NCBI GenBank assembly: GCA_050950765.1
Contig: JBMNIF010000002.1
Location: 694,157 to 758,156 of the forward strand
Length of the DNA stretch: 64,000 nt
Reading direction: 5' to 3'
Origin: Bdellovibrionota bacterium
GTDB lineage: Bacteria > Bdellovibrionota_C > UBA2361 > JAAYZI01
Shown here: positions 9,681-18,765 of the stretch, in pieces
Position numbering within the stretch: the stretch's first letter is position 1
How the letters are laid out: each line of letters begins with the position of its first letter
The notes under the pieces: model-generated
Database searches by the model: none
What the model was told of the DNA's origin: nothing
What the model saw: the letters and a program-made list of their open reading frames with translations, nothing else
Position numbers and translations under genes: made by a program

Positions 9681-9861
9681 TCCTTACCACCTTTATAATA
9701 TCTGAAATGTCACAATTCAAAACGGCACATATTGGCAATAAGAACTCCGTCGTAACATTTTCCGATTTTTTTATTTTATAAAAAGTGCTTCTACTTATAT
9801 ACTCACGTTTCATTAAGTCTTTATTAGTCATATCTTCATCGATTAATCTTTTAAACAACAT
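9667..9861 (-). CDS. Small HTH (XRE-family) transcriptional regulator, possibly a controller (C) protein of a restriction-modification module
   Basis: 64 aa; ...TNKDLMKREYISRSTFYKIKKSENVTTEFLLPICAVLNCDISDI... fits a helix-turn-helix XRE pattern. Its 3' end overlaps the methyltransferase start by 14 nt on the same strand. Confidence 0.6.
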   Translation of the reverse strand: MLFKRLIDEDMTNKDLMKREYISRSTFYKIKKSENVTTEFLLPICAVLNCDISDIIKVVRNEDR

Positions 9862-10270
9862 TCATAGGAAAGATCAATTTTTGAAGACACGCCAGCCCCT
9901 CTAATCTCTTCTTGCTTTATCTGTTAATTATATCACATTCCTCACTTAAGCTATTACAAAGTTACTTTTTTCTTGAACTTTTTCATTGATAAAAAACAGA
10001 TGGTCTGAAGATCCGTCCAATTTTCTATCCTAGCTCCCGTGTGTTGTTTCCATAAATTGCTTTATGCGTAAGCGTTGAACACTTATTGCTACTTGTGTTC
10101 TTAGAAAAAAAGATAAAAATGTTTAGAGTGTTTGTGTTAAAGATAAAGAGGTGCAGATATCTGTTGAGGCTACCTTGAATGACCTTTGGATGATTTGTAA
10201 CTGATTGTAATAATAGTAGTTTTGCTTTTTAGGGATTTACTGGAATATTTATTTTTTATACAGAGAAGGG

Positions 10271-10711
10271 ATGATGAAACGGATAATTATATTAAGTGTA
10301 GCTGTGTTGGCGTTAGGGGCTTGTAACTTAACAACTCCTCGTAACGTTTCAAGACGAGAATTAAGACGTGAAGCTGCTACAAAAGAAAAAAGTTTAGCAC
10401 CCGTTCCGATTGAAGCCTTAGATGTTCAAAACGGTGTGGCTGCAACTGATGTTGAGATCTTATGGATTCCGCCAACGGATCCTGTTGATGGGTTTGTTGT
10501 ACGATACGGTTATTCAAAAGACGATCTAAATGAGACAGTTAAGATTCCGTTAGCAGAGGCTGAAATAATAAACGATCCTAAACACGGAAATGTAATGCAC
10601 TATATTATTCGTGATGTTGCAGCTGATAAAAAACTGTATATCACCCTTTCAATCTTTATCGGAGATACAGTTTTTTTACCTGATGAGATGTTTGTAGCTA
10701 ATCCCTATTGA
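10271..10711 (+). CDS. Hypothetical lipoprotein
   Basis: N-terminal signal with lipobox (...LSVAVLALGAC-NLTT...); no recognisable catalytic motif. Confidence 0.5.
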   Translation: MMKRIIILSVAVLALGACNLTTPRNVSRRELRREAATKEKSLAPVPIEALDVQNGVAATDVEILWIPPTDPVDGFVVRYGYSKDDLNETVKIPLAEAEIINDPKHGNVMHYIIRDVAADKKLYITLSIFIGDTVFLPDEMFVANPY

Positions 10712-10858
10712 TCTTTTATTGAGGATAAAAGTTTTTCAAACGATGCCTTCTGTTTGTACTATTGAGGTTAAAAGCGTGATTTTTTAGTTATGAATTTTAT
10801 TTTAGCAACGTTTTAATTAGTCAATCTCTAAAGGGCTTTTTATTGAGGTTAAAAATTT

Positions 10859-11689
10859 TTAAACTATACCTTTTGCTTGTAGAAAATCGCGCACAGCCTC
10901 CTCTTCTCCTTCTTTAAAGAGACGTGCTTCCAAACCTTGCAAAACGATCCTTTTAGCACGACCTATTTCACGAGCGATATCGGCTTTTTTAGGCGGCTTT
11001 ACTAAAAAGCCACTAGCTCCAGCAGTGAGACACTCTAATAAACAATCAGTGGTGCCGAAAGCAGTAAGAACAATGATCGGAATGTTTTTGATGGCTGGCT
11101 TGCTTCTGATAGAACGTATCAATTCATGACCTGTCATTCTGGGCATCTTGATATCGGTAAAGACGCAATCAAACGGCTGGTCTTCTCCTTCCAATAATTC
11201 CAGCGCTTCTTTGCCGGAGCTGACCCCCTTTGTTTTAATGGAGAATCCGGACTCTTCTAAGTATATGCAGATAATATCACGTGGAGATTCTAAATCATCT
11301 ACAACAAGAATATTAAAGTCAGAGTCTTTTTTAGGACGTTCTTCAAGGTAGTGTGTAAGGATCGTTCTTAATCTCTCTAGAGCGTTATTCCCCTCGATAA
11401 CTTCCGCTCCAGAAAGTCGCATCTCTAAAGCTTTGTCTTTTTTTGAAGTGTTAATAATGAATAAAAGGTTTTCTATGCGCTTTTTCCACAACTCTCCTGC
11501 TAAAATTTGTTGAATATTGAATGGAATATCACTGTCAATAATAAGGATATCGAACTCTCTAAGTGAAAACCATTCCAACGCTGTTTTTGCATTCTGAACG
11601 GAACGGTATCGAAATCCTATTTCAGCAAGGAGAGGCTCTAGCGCAGCGCTTAATCTGTTGTTTGAGGTATATATTAAAACATCCGGCAT
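10859..11689 (-). CDS. Response regulator with two receiver domains (N-terminal one degenerate) and no output domain
   Basis: C-terminal REC is canonical (...ILVVDDLESP..., ...CVFTDIKMPRMTG..., ...IIVLTAFG..., ...GFLVKP). The N-terminal REC-like domain has the acidic pocket replaced (...DVLIYTSNNR...). Confidence 0.75.
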   Translation of the reverse strand: MPDVLIYTSNNRLSAALEPLLAEIGFRYRSVQNAKTALEWFSLREFDILIIDSDIPFNIQQILAGELWKKRIENLLFIINTSKKDKALEMRLSGAEVIEGNNALERLRTILTHYLEERPKKDSDFNILVVDDLESPRDIICIYLEESGFSIKTKGVSSGKEALELLEGEDQPFDCVFTDIKMPRMTGHELIRSIRSKPAIKNIPIIVLTAFGTTDCLLECLTAGASGFLVKPPKKADIAREIGRAKRIVLQGLEARLFKEGEEEAVRDFLQAKGIV

Positions 11690-11734
11690 CGTCTTCTCCT
11701 GATCTTACTCCAACACCTCCTTAAAATTTTTGTC

Positions 11735-12073
11735 CTAAGAGGGTGAGCTCTTTAGATCCTTAATGCTAAGCTCGATCTGTTCTAAAAGAGCTTTTATTTC
11801 AAAGTTGCGTTCTATGGTTTTTATAAGTGGAGCTTCAAAAATCGTTTCTAATTGTGCAGCCAGTTCGGCGATCTGTGATAGCCCAAACATTCCAGCTGCT
11901 CCCTTTATTTTGTGAAACTCTTGGCAAAAATCGGTCTTTAACCAAGTGCTTGGCATCGTATCTGAGCAGGCAGAAAGTAGCTCTCTTACCTTGCTACACT
12001 GTTCTTCCAGCTCTGCCATTAACATTAAAAAAGCCTTTGAGTCTTTTGGCCACGTCTCTTGTATCTCTTTCAT
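11735..12073 (-). CDS. Histidine phosphotransfer (Hpt) domain protein
   Basis: 112 aa; ...FCQEFHKIKGAAGMFGL... matches the Hpt HxxKG phospho-histidine motif. Directly upstream of, and co-oriented with, the response regulator. Confidence 0.7.
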   Translation of the reverse strand: MKEIQETWPKDSKAFLMLMAELEEQCSKVRELLSACSDTMPSTWLKTDFCQEFHKIKGAAGMFGLSQIAELAAQLETIFEAPLIKTIERNFEIKALLEQIELSIKDLKSSPS

Positions 12074-12252
12074 ATTGACACTTTCGGAAGAAAAGAGGGT
12101 AAACTTGATATGAAAATATTTTTTATCCTTCTCATTTGTCGTAGGTATGTAGTTAAAAAAGCAGGGGAATGGGTAAAAAGATCTGTATTGTTGTTTTTAG
12201 CGGCATTGGTTAGTATTGGGGCAATTTGGCATCCTATTTGTGTGTATTTATT

Positions 12253-13332
12253 ATGAAAAAAATACTTTTACCTATAATTCTTATTGCGGTTGTTGTTGCT
12301 GCTTTTTTCCTGACGAAAGATGAGAAGCGTACAGATTCTTCAACTGAGAGCTCCTCTACAACTGTAAAACAGGAAGATGTGACTACTCCTACTGAAGACA
12401 TCGCCACGACGGCAACTCCTACCGCCACTGAAGTTGAAAAAGAAGATGACGCCAAGTTTGTTGAATTGGAGCCCGTTGAAGAGATTCGTCCGGCGACTGA
12501 GTTGTATAACTCGGCTGATGAAGCTTTCAATGCAATTAAAAAAGGTTCTGAAAGTTATGACGATTCAGTACTTGAACAGTTCTCCGACCTTGAAAAAGAT
12601 TGCAGATGGTGTGATGAGCTTTATAACAAAGTTCAAGAGGCGATGCTTAATGCCTCCACTGAAGAGGAGCAGCGTAGCTATTTTGCTGAGATCTTAGCTT
12701 CCAGCGGAAAACCTGAAAATATAGCTGCTCTTATCTCTGCTATGAAGGATGCTAAGAGTGAGGATGATGCTGATACGTATTTGGAAGCGCTAGAGATTAC
12801 GATGGGAGATGATAAGACAGTTGATTATCTTAGTTCTCAACTTGATACGGATAATGAAAAGCTTAAGAGCTCTCTAATCGCCGCTATTACTAATCACGGC
12901 ACTCCGTTAGCTATTGAGACGTTGTATGAACAAACTGTGCAGAGTGGTGATACTGATGGCTATTACTCATTGGGAATCGGTTTAGGAGAGGTTATTCCTG
13001 ATGAGGAGAGTTTGCCGTTCCTTACAGAGCTAGTAAATAAACGGGATCAATATTCGCACCTTGCAGTGAAAGCTTTACTTAATTACGGCGTGGATGGCTT
13101 GCGGGTGGTGTTTGATACATTGGAGCTTTCCTCTGATGCAGAGACCGATCGCAAGATGTTGAAAGATGCTATTGACCATGTCAGTTATGAAGAAGAAACA
13201 GAAGCGTATGCAAAAGAGATCTTGAATAAATCAAAGAATCCCGTAGTGCAGGATTTCGCTCGGGAGATAATTAAAGAGTTTGATGTAGAAGATCTTGAAG
13301 ATGAAGAAGATGAAGATGCGGATGAAGAGTAG
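12253..13332 (+). CDS. Hypothetical membrane-anchored acidic protein
   Basis: N-terminal hydrophobic helix (MKKILLPIILIAVVVAAFFL), Thr/Ser/Glu-rich linker, alpha-helical body and poly-acidic tail (...EDLEDEEDEDADEE). Start taken at the internal ATG; the track ORF begins at 12226. Confidence 0.5.
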   Translation: MKKILLPIILIAVVVAAFFLTKDEKRTDSSTESSSTTVKQEDVTTPTEDIATTATPTATEVEKEDDAKFVELEPVEEIRPATELYNSADEAFNAIKKGSESYDDSVLEQFSDLEKDCRWCDELYNKVQEAMLNASTEEEQRSYFAEILASSGKPENIAALISAMKDAKSEDDADTYLEALEITMGDDKTVDYLSSQLDTDNEKLKSSLIAAITNHGTPLAIETLYEQTVQSGDTDGYYSLGIGLGEVIPDEESLPFLTELVNKRDQYSHLAVKALLNYGVDGLRVVFDTLELSSDAETDRKMLKDAIDHVSYEEETEAYAKEILNKSKNPVVQDFAREIIKEFDVEDLEDEEDEDADEE

Positions 13333-13375
13333 CTTCTAAAACGTAATACCGTAAAAGGTTTCAATAATAAGGTCT

Positions 13376-13412
13376 AAAAAAAAGGGGGAGATATAGTTCT
13401 CTCCTTTTTTTT
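13376..13412. terminator. Probable bidirectional intrinsic terminator
   Basis: A8 run, then a 7-bp stem with one G-U pair (GGGGAGA ... TCTCTCC) around a 6-nt loop, then a T8 run, 44 bp after the stop of the 12253-13332 gene. Confidence 0.55.
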
Positions 13413-13429
13413 GTAGCTAATCAAGTGGG

Positions 13430-13665
13430 AGCAGGTGAGAGCTTAACTTCTTAGCTCTAAAAAGCTTCTGAACTAGAGAGTTAAGATCAAACAGATAAAA
13501 GTGCTATTTTTTTTTGGGGTCTCAAGTGCGAAGTTGGGAAAAAAGCTTCTTAACTAGAAAGTTAAGATCAAGCAGATAAAATTGCTATTTTTTTTTGGGG
13601 GCTCAAGTGCGAAGTTAGGAAAAAAGCTTCTTAACTAGAGAGTTAAGATCAAGCAGGTAAAAATT
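13430..13665. repeat. Intergenic tandem direct repeat, about 78-bp unit, about 3 copies, each with a hairpin and T-run
   Basis: Unit AAAAAGCTTCT(G/T)AACTAGAGAGTTAAGATCAA(A/G)CAGATAAAA(G/T)TGCTATTTTTTTTTGGGG(G)TCTCAAGTGCGAAGTT(G/A)GGA. Each copy contains the perfect 7-bp inverted repeat CTTAACT-agag-AGTTAAG and a T9 run. Confidence 0.8.
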
Positions 13666-13695
13666 ACTACTAATATCTTAACTTTTTACCTTACT

Positions 13696-15918
13696 CTACT
13701 TAATACGGATAAAGTGATTTTCTCCGATAAATAGCGGTAATTTCTCTTTCTCTTTAAAAACGATACGTAGCGGGCGCACGGAGTCTTCTGTTTTTGGAAT
13801 TGGGATCTCAAAGGTGTGCCATGATCCGTTAGCAGGGAAAGTAAGAGTATAAAAGGGAGAATCTTCTATCCGTTTTTTTGCAAAGAGTTCAACACTACAT
13901 ATTTTGTTATCATTTTTTAGAGTTCTTAAAGATATCTGAAGTTTACCTTGCGGGTATGAAGGAACTTGAAGAAAGTAGTCGTCAGTAACAGGGATGTTAG
14001 GAATTAACTCAAAGAGCTTCCAGCCGAAGCTATCTTGTCCGTGATCGATAAGTTGCGTTTGAAACTCTTTTAAACGTGCTGCAAAAGCGTTTTCTTCAAA
14101 GGTAGATTCTGAAGTTGTATCAAAAAGGATAAAGCGTAGCCCTGAAATGGTGGTGAGAGCGATTAAAGAGCGGTTATCTGGAAAGTTTGCCATCTTACGG
14201 GGATAGTCGCGCATCAGTTTTGTTATCATGCCGCTATAGCCGTTAAAGATCTTTAATTCGAGAGGAGCAGCCATATTCATATAGGCGGTGTTTTGCACGG
14301 CGTAATCTTGCCAACTCTTTACAGTCCCGTCTCTATTTAAGGTTGTAGTAAGGGGGAGAACCATAGTGACGTCTTGTGGTCTAGCCATAGTGGCAACTTT
14401 TTTAAAGATGGGAGGAGTTTGTGTTAAAGGTTCAACGGGGAAGATAGGGTAATAATTTTCAAAAATAATTAGGGAACAGAGGATAGTAGTTAATAAAAGT
14501 CGACTCCGCTTTTTAGTTGTAAGATTCATAATAGCAAACGGGATTAGAAGCGCTACGCAGAAGGTAACAACAACACAGAAGCGACTGATGTCGCGAACGC
14601 TATTCATACCTGGGATAAGATAGAACGCTGAACTAAAAACTCCGAAGGCTAACTCTTTATGTTTTGGTCCCGTATTACCGAGAGGGCCTAAGGAGAAGAT
14701 AAAAAAGATATAAGCACAAAAGGCGAAAATTATAATAATGTCGCGGTTAGTCAGGTATGAACAATTTGCAGAACGTTCAAATTTACCGAATTTGTAGATA
14801 AAAACAGTTAAGATAATTATAGAAAACCAACTAGAAAAAGCTGTTATAAATCTGAGCAGGTCTCTACTTTGTGTTGCGTCTTTAAAGTTAAAAGCAGATG
14901 AGATAACGGTAAGTAAGACTAAAGCGCTACAAACGGCTAACAACTTTTTATGAGGAGAAATTTTTAAACGTAAAATAGCATAAAACGCTAATACCGTTAC
15001 GGTTACACCGGAAGAGAGAAAACGTGCCATCTCACTAGAAAATAAAAATGTGCCTGTAAGGTTTCTCCAAAAATTGGAGCCTAAGTAAGAGAGTGTAGTA
15101 GCGGCAAAGGCGTACGGCTCGGAGAGGTCTCTAACACCGAAAGTTTCTTTAACGGCTAAGTACGGTAACAAAAACGGGATGATCGGAAGTGTTCCGAGTA
15201 GGCAACTAATAGCGAGTGTGGTAAAGTCTTTAAGTGTAAATTGAGAAGGACGTAGTAGAAAAACGGTGCCGCAGATAATAAAGAGGAGAGGCGGAATAAA
15301 AACGGCATAATAAACGGTAGATAAAAAAGCAGCTACCTCTGTCAGTCCGAGAAGGATTCCGAAATAGAACTTTTTACCTGAAAAAAAAGAGATCAAAAAA
15401 TAGACGCTTAGTGGGATAAAAAAAGCGAATTGAAGTTGAGGGTGTCCGATATTTGCGCAAAAGAAGCCGTAAGCCATAAAGGCTACTCCAGCTGCTAACG
15501 CTGGAAGAGACCTTCCGGAAAGTTTTGCTGCAACAAGAAAGGTGCAAAATCCGTTTAAGAAGGTAGCTGCTAAAAAAACGAGGTTGTATGAAATAATTTG
15601 AGAGATGCCGAGTTTCGTTAAGATTAGGCCGATAAAGGAGGGGAGTAAGAAATTATCACTCCACGCTAATGTTTTGGTGTATGGATAAAAAGCGGCGGTG
15701 TTAAACCAACCTTCTGAGAGCATCTGCTTTATATTAGAGTTAAAAAGCCAGACGTATAATCCAGCATCGCCACTTGCGCCACCTAAGTATTGTGAAGAGA
15801 GGGTGCTAAGACCGTGATATCTTATAATGACCGTTACAAGTGCGTAAATTATAACGGAAAGTAAGATCTCTTTTGTCGTTAATCTTTTGTCTTGAATAAA
15901 TGGTATCTGAATATTCAT
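13696..15918 (-). CDS. Large polytopic integral membrane protein (740 aa), function unknown
   Basis: Many predicted transmembrane helices across the first ~480 residues, then a soluble C-terminal domain. Possibly a GT-C-like glycosyltransferase or YfhO-like protein, but no diagnostic motif recognised. Confidence 0.6.
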   Translation of the reverse strand: MNIQIPFIQDKRLTTKEILLSVIIYALVTVIIRYHGLSTLSSQYLGGASGDAGLYVWLFNSNIKQMLSEGWFNTAAFYPYTKTLAWSDNFLLPSFIGLILTKLGISQIISYNLVFLAATFLNGFCTFLVAAKLSGRSLPALAAGVAFMAYGFFCANIGHPQLQFAFFIPLSVYFLISFFSGKKFYFGILLGLTEVAAFLSTVYYAVFIPPLLFIICGTVFLLRPSQFTLKDFTTLAISCLLGTLPIIPFLLPYLAVKETFGVRDLSEPYAFAATTLSYLGSNFWRNLTGTFLFSSEMARFLSSGVTVTVLAFYAILRLKISPHKKLLAVCSALVLLTVISSAFNFKDATQSRDLLRFITAFSSWFSIIILTVFIYKFGKFERSANCSYLTNRDIIIIFAFCAYIFFIFSLGPLGNTGPKHKELAFGVFSSAFYLIPGMNSVRDISRFCVVVTFCVALLIPFAIMNLTTKKRSRLLLTTILCSLIIFENYYPIFPVEPLTQTPPIFKKVATMARPQDVTMVLPLTTTLNRDGTVKSWQDYAVQNTAYMNMAAPLELKIFNGYSGMITKLMRDYPRKMANFPDNRSLIALTTISGLRFILFDTTSESTFEENAFAARLKEFQTQLIDHGQDSFGWKLFELIPNIPVTDDYFLQVPSYPQGKLQISLRTLKNDNKICSVELFAKKRIEDSPFYTLTFPANGSWHTFEIPIPKTEDSVRPLRIVFKEKEKLPLFIGENHFIRIK

Positions 15919-16278
15919 ATAACTGAAGAAGTTTATAAGCTATCACTATTTTTTATAATAACGACTAATAAAGGTTCCGCCAATAGTAACACTTACTACT
16001 AGGAAGGTGTATTTGAAAAAGCGCTCTGTTTTTGTTGCGCTCTCTGTTTATTATCTTGAGGGGCTTAGCTTAATATTTTATATCTTATGACGGTTTCTCT
16101 TGGATGATTGCAAGGTGTTTTTTATGGCTAGCACCGTAATTACAATGCAATATTTAGGAGGTGTTTAGTGTCTCTTTCTTTAGTTTTATAAATAAGTATC
16201 GTTTTGGTAGCAGGATAGCGAGAGCACTAAGAGATCGGAGGTTTTAACTGATTTAATTAAAAACAATCGGAAATAAAG

Positions 16279-17187
16279 ATGAAGGTGCAAAATATACTTG
16301 AGACGATCGGAGATACTCCACATGTTAAGATCAATAAACTCTTCGGAGATGAGATTAACGTTTGGATGAAGATTGAAAAACTTAACCCTGGGGGAAGTGT
16401 TAAAGATCGGGTGGCGCAAGGTATGATTGAAGACGCTGAAGCGCGGGGGCTCTTACAACGTGGTGGAACTATTGTAGAGCCTACTTCAGGTAACACCGGC
16501 ATCGGGTTGGCAGTGGTGGCTGCTGTTAAAGGATATAACCTTATCCTTGTTATGCCGGAATCAATGTCACTTGAAAGGCGGTGTTGTTTGGAGGCGTTGG
16601 GAGCTAAGATTGTATTAACTCCGGCAGAAGAGGGGATGGCAGGCTCAATTAAAAAAGCAGATGAGATAGCGGCGGAGGAAAGCGCTTGGATGCCGCAGCA
16701 GTTTAACAATCCTGTTAATTCTAAAGTGCATTATGAAACAACGGCGCAGGAGATCTTAGCTGATTTTAGTTGTGGCGTAGACTTTTTTTTCAGTGCCGTT
16801 GGTACGGGTGGACAGATCTCTGGTATCGGAAAAGCGTTAAAAGAGAGAAATAAACGAACAAAGGTTATCGCTATCGAACCGGACACTTCAGCTGTTTTAA
16901 GTGGTGGGCAGGCAGGATCGCACGCCATACAAGGGATCGGTGCTGGTTTTATTCCGAAGGTGTTGGATACTACGATTATCGATGAGGTTGTTTGTATTTC
17001 AAAAGAAGAAGCGTATGAGTATACGCACCGTTCTGCTAAAGAAGAGGGGATCCTTGTTGGTATTAGTAGCGGTGCCACCCTCGCTGCTATCGCTAAGAAA
17101 AGGAGCTCTATTCCAGATGGCAGTACAGTTATTCTTATCGCCTATGATACAGGGGATAGGTACCTCTCTGTGGATGGTTTATTTTAA
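16279..17187 (+). CDS. cysK: Cysteine synthase (O-acetylserine sulfhydrylase)
   Basis: PLP-enzyme motifs ...[16 protein letters not shown]... (Lys of the internal aldimine), ...[10 protein letters not shown]..., ...[10 protein letters not shown]... ; about 300 aa. Confidence 0.9.
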   Translation: MKVQNILETIGDTPHVKINKLFGDEINVWMKIEKLNPGGSVKDRVAQGMIEDAEARGLLQRGGTIVEPTSGNTGIGLAVVAAVKGYNLILVMPESMSLERRCCLEALGAKIVLTPAEEGMAGSIKKADEIAAEESAWMPQQFNNPVNSKVHYETTAQEILADFSCGVDFFFSAVGTGGQISGIGKALKERNKRTKVIAIEPDTSAVLSGGQAGSHAIQGIGAGFIPKVLDTTIIDEVVCISKEEAYEYTHRSAKEEGILVGISSGATLAAIAKKRSSIPDGSTVILIAYDTGDRYLSVDGLF

Positions 17188-17286
17188 AAGAGATCTTCTT
17201 AACGGAGTAAGGGTTAATACTATAAATCTTTAAATAAAATACACTTACTTAAGTAGTGGTTTGAATAATATTATCGGATTTTAAGT

Positions 17287-17343
17287 AAATAGGGAGTAAA
17301 AGAATATAGAGTATTCATCTTCTGCTTTTTGCTACTCCCTATT
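17287..17343. terminator. Long imperfect hairpin between convergent genes (candidate terminator)
   Basis: AAATAGGGAGTAAAAG ... CTTTTTGCTACTCCCTATT; arms are near-perfect reverse complements with a ~22-nt loop. Lies between the cysK stop and the PepSY-gene stop. Confidence 0.45.
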
Positions 17344-17381
17344 ATTAGAATTATTAGGGTAAGTGTTGTGCTTTTTAGGCA

Positions 17382-17729
17382 TCAATCATCGCGCTCTTCT
17401 TTTACCTTTAGAACTGTGCCTTTTATACCGTCAATTAACACTTCAAAAACTTTCCCATCTTTTACAACTTCAACTTCAAAAGTTGGTGTGGCGGAGTCAT
17501 CTTCAATAGAGGCAGAGATAGCTTTGCCTGAAGTGTGTTTTTCTGCAATTTGAATGGCATCAATTAATGTAATTTTTGCCTGTTTTAGTTGTTGCACCTC
17601 TTCTTTGTCGTCTAAATGTGAAGTTGCCCCTGCTACGGCATTAACCTCTTGAGCAGTTACGTTAGAGCTGAAAAGAGATAATGTTAATAACGCACTTAAA
17701 AATAGAGGAAACAGTCTTCTTCGTATCAT
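17382..17729 (-). CDS. Secreted PepSY-domain protein
   Basis: Signal peptide (MIRRRLFPLFLSALLTLSLFSSNVTA) and a C-terminal PepSY-like segment (...LIDAIQIAEKHTSGKAISASIEDD...FEVEVVKDGKVFEVLIDG...). Confidence 0.6.
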   Translation of the reverse strand: MIRRRLFPLFLSALLTLSLFSSNVTAQEVNAVAGATSHLDDKEEVQQLKQAKITLIDAIQIAEKHTSGKAISASIEDDSATPTFEVEVVKDGKVFEVLIDGIKGTVLKVKEERDD

Positions 17730-18039
17730 AGGAACCTCCTTAAATAAATTTTAAGGGAGTCTGACACAACTCTAAAAAGAGCACCAGATAAGATAAGGTC
17801 AAGGTAGAGCCTGAAAATATAACAATATCTCCGGTGGTGTTGTTTGAATATTAGGAGTGTTTCCAAAAGCTAATGATGTTTTTTGAAGAGAAGCTTAAAG
17901 TTATTTCTATCCGCTAAAGTGTTGAAAAACTCTTAAAACTACTTAAACTTACTAGCTGTTTTTACTGAATACCGCTATGCTGTACCATGTAAGTACTCTT
18001 TCCTATATTTTATCTGTAAATTAACGACGGTAATTTTTA

Positions 18040-18765
18040 ATGATAGAAGCGATCGGATTATATAAACGATTTGGTGAGGTCTTAGCTGTTCGGGATGCCA
18101 CTTTTTCAGCGGCAAAAGGGGAGGTGGTAGGATTTCTTGGACCTAACGGTGCCGGAAAGACAACGACTTTACGGATGCTTACTACCTTTCTCGCTCCTAC
18201 GGGGGGGACAGCTAAAATTGCAGGTTTCGATATCGCACAGAACAGCGCAGAGGTGCGTAAGCAGATCGGGTATCTGCCGGAGACACCGCCACTTTATAAT
18301 GAGTTAACGGTGCAGGAGTATCTGACCTTTGCTGCTAAGGTGCGTGGAGTGCAAAAGAAGCTCCTTAAAGGTGCTGTGGAAAACGTTATTGAGAGGTGCT
18401 CTCTTACGGAGATGCGGAAACGTTTATGCGGAAGCCTTTCAAAAGGTTATCGTCAACGGGTCGGGTTGGCACAAGCTTTAGTACATAGCCCCCGTGTGGT
18501 GATCCTTGATGAGCCGACAAGTGCTTTGGATCCGCAACAGATAATACAGGTGCGGGAGTTGATCGCTTCCTTAAAAGAAAATCATACCGTTATCTTAAGC
18601 ACCCATATTTTACCGGAAGTTGTAGCGACCTGCACTAAAGTAGTTTTAATCAATGATGGTAAGGTTGTTCTCTCTGAATCTTTGGATACTCTTTTACAAC
18701 GAAGTTCCTTAGAAGAGGTCTTTCTTCATTATGTAGCCGGAGAGAGCGGCGATCAGGAGGAGTAA
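18040..18765 (+). CDS. ABC transporter ATP-binding protein (GldA-like, ABC-2 type)
   Basis: Walker A GPNGAGKTTTLRML, signature LSKGYRQRVGLAQAL, Walker B VVILDEPTSALD. Confidence 0.85.
   Translation: MIEAIGLYKRFGEVLAVRDATFSAAKGEVVGFLGPNGAGKTTTLRMLTTFLAPTGGTAKIAGFDIAQNSAEVRKQIGYLPETPPLYNELTVQEYLTFAAKVRGVQKKLLKGAVENVIERCSLTEMRKRLCGSLSKGYRQRVGLAQALVHSPRVVILDEPTSALDPQQIIQVRELIASLKENHTVILSTHILPEVVATCTKVVLINDGKVVLSESLDTLLQRSSLEEVFLHYVAGESGDQEE

Noticed and set aside
13430-13665. Possible CRISPR array (this and the other tandem arrays at 1812-2024, 6084-6245, 25034-25163)
   Set aside because: Units are 45-81 bp and abut directly with no unique spacers between them, and no cas genes are nearby; they are plain tandem duplications.
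16257-17078. Two minus-strand ORFs (150 and 115 aa) antisense to cysK
   Set aside because: Low-complexity translations with no motifs, fully inside a gene with strong PLP-enzyme signatures; treated as shadow ORFs. The many other short track ORFs lying within or antisense to confidently assigned genes were rejected on the same grounds.
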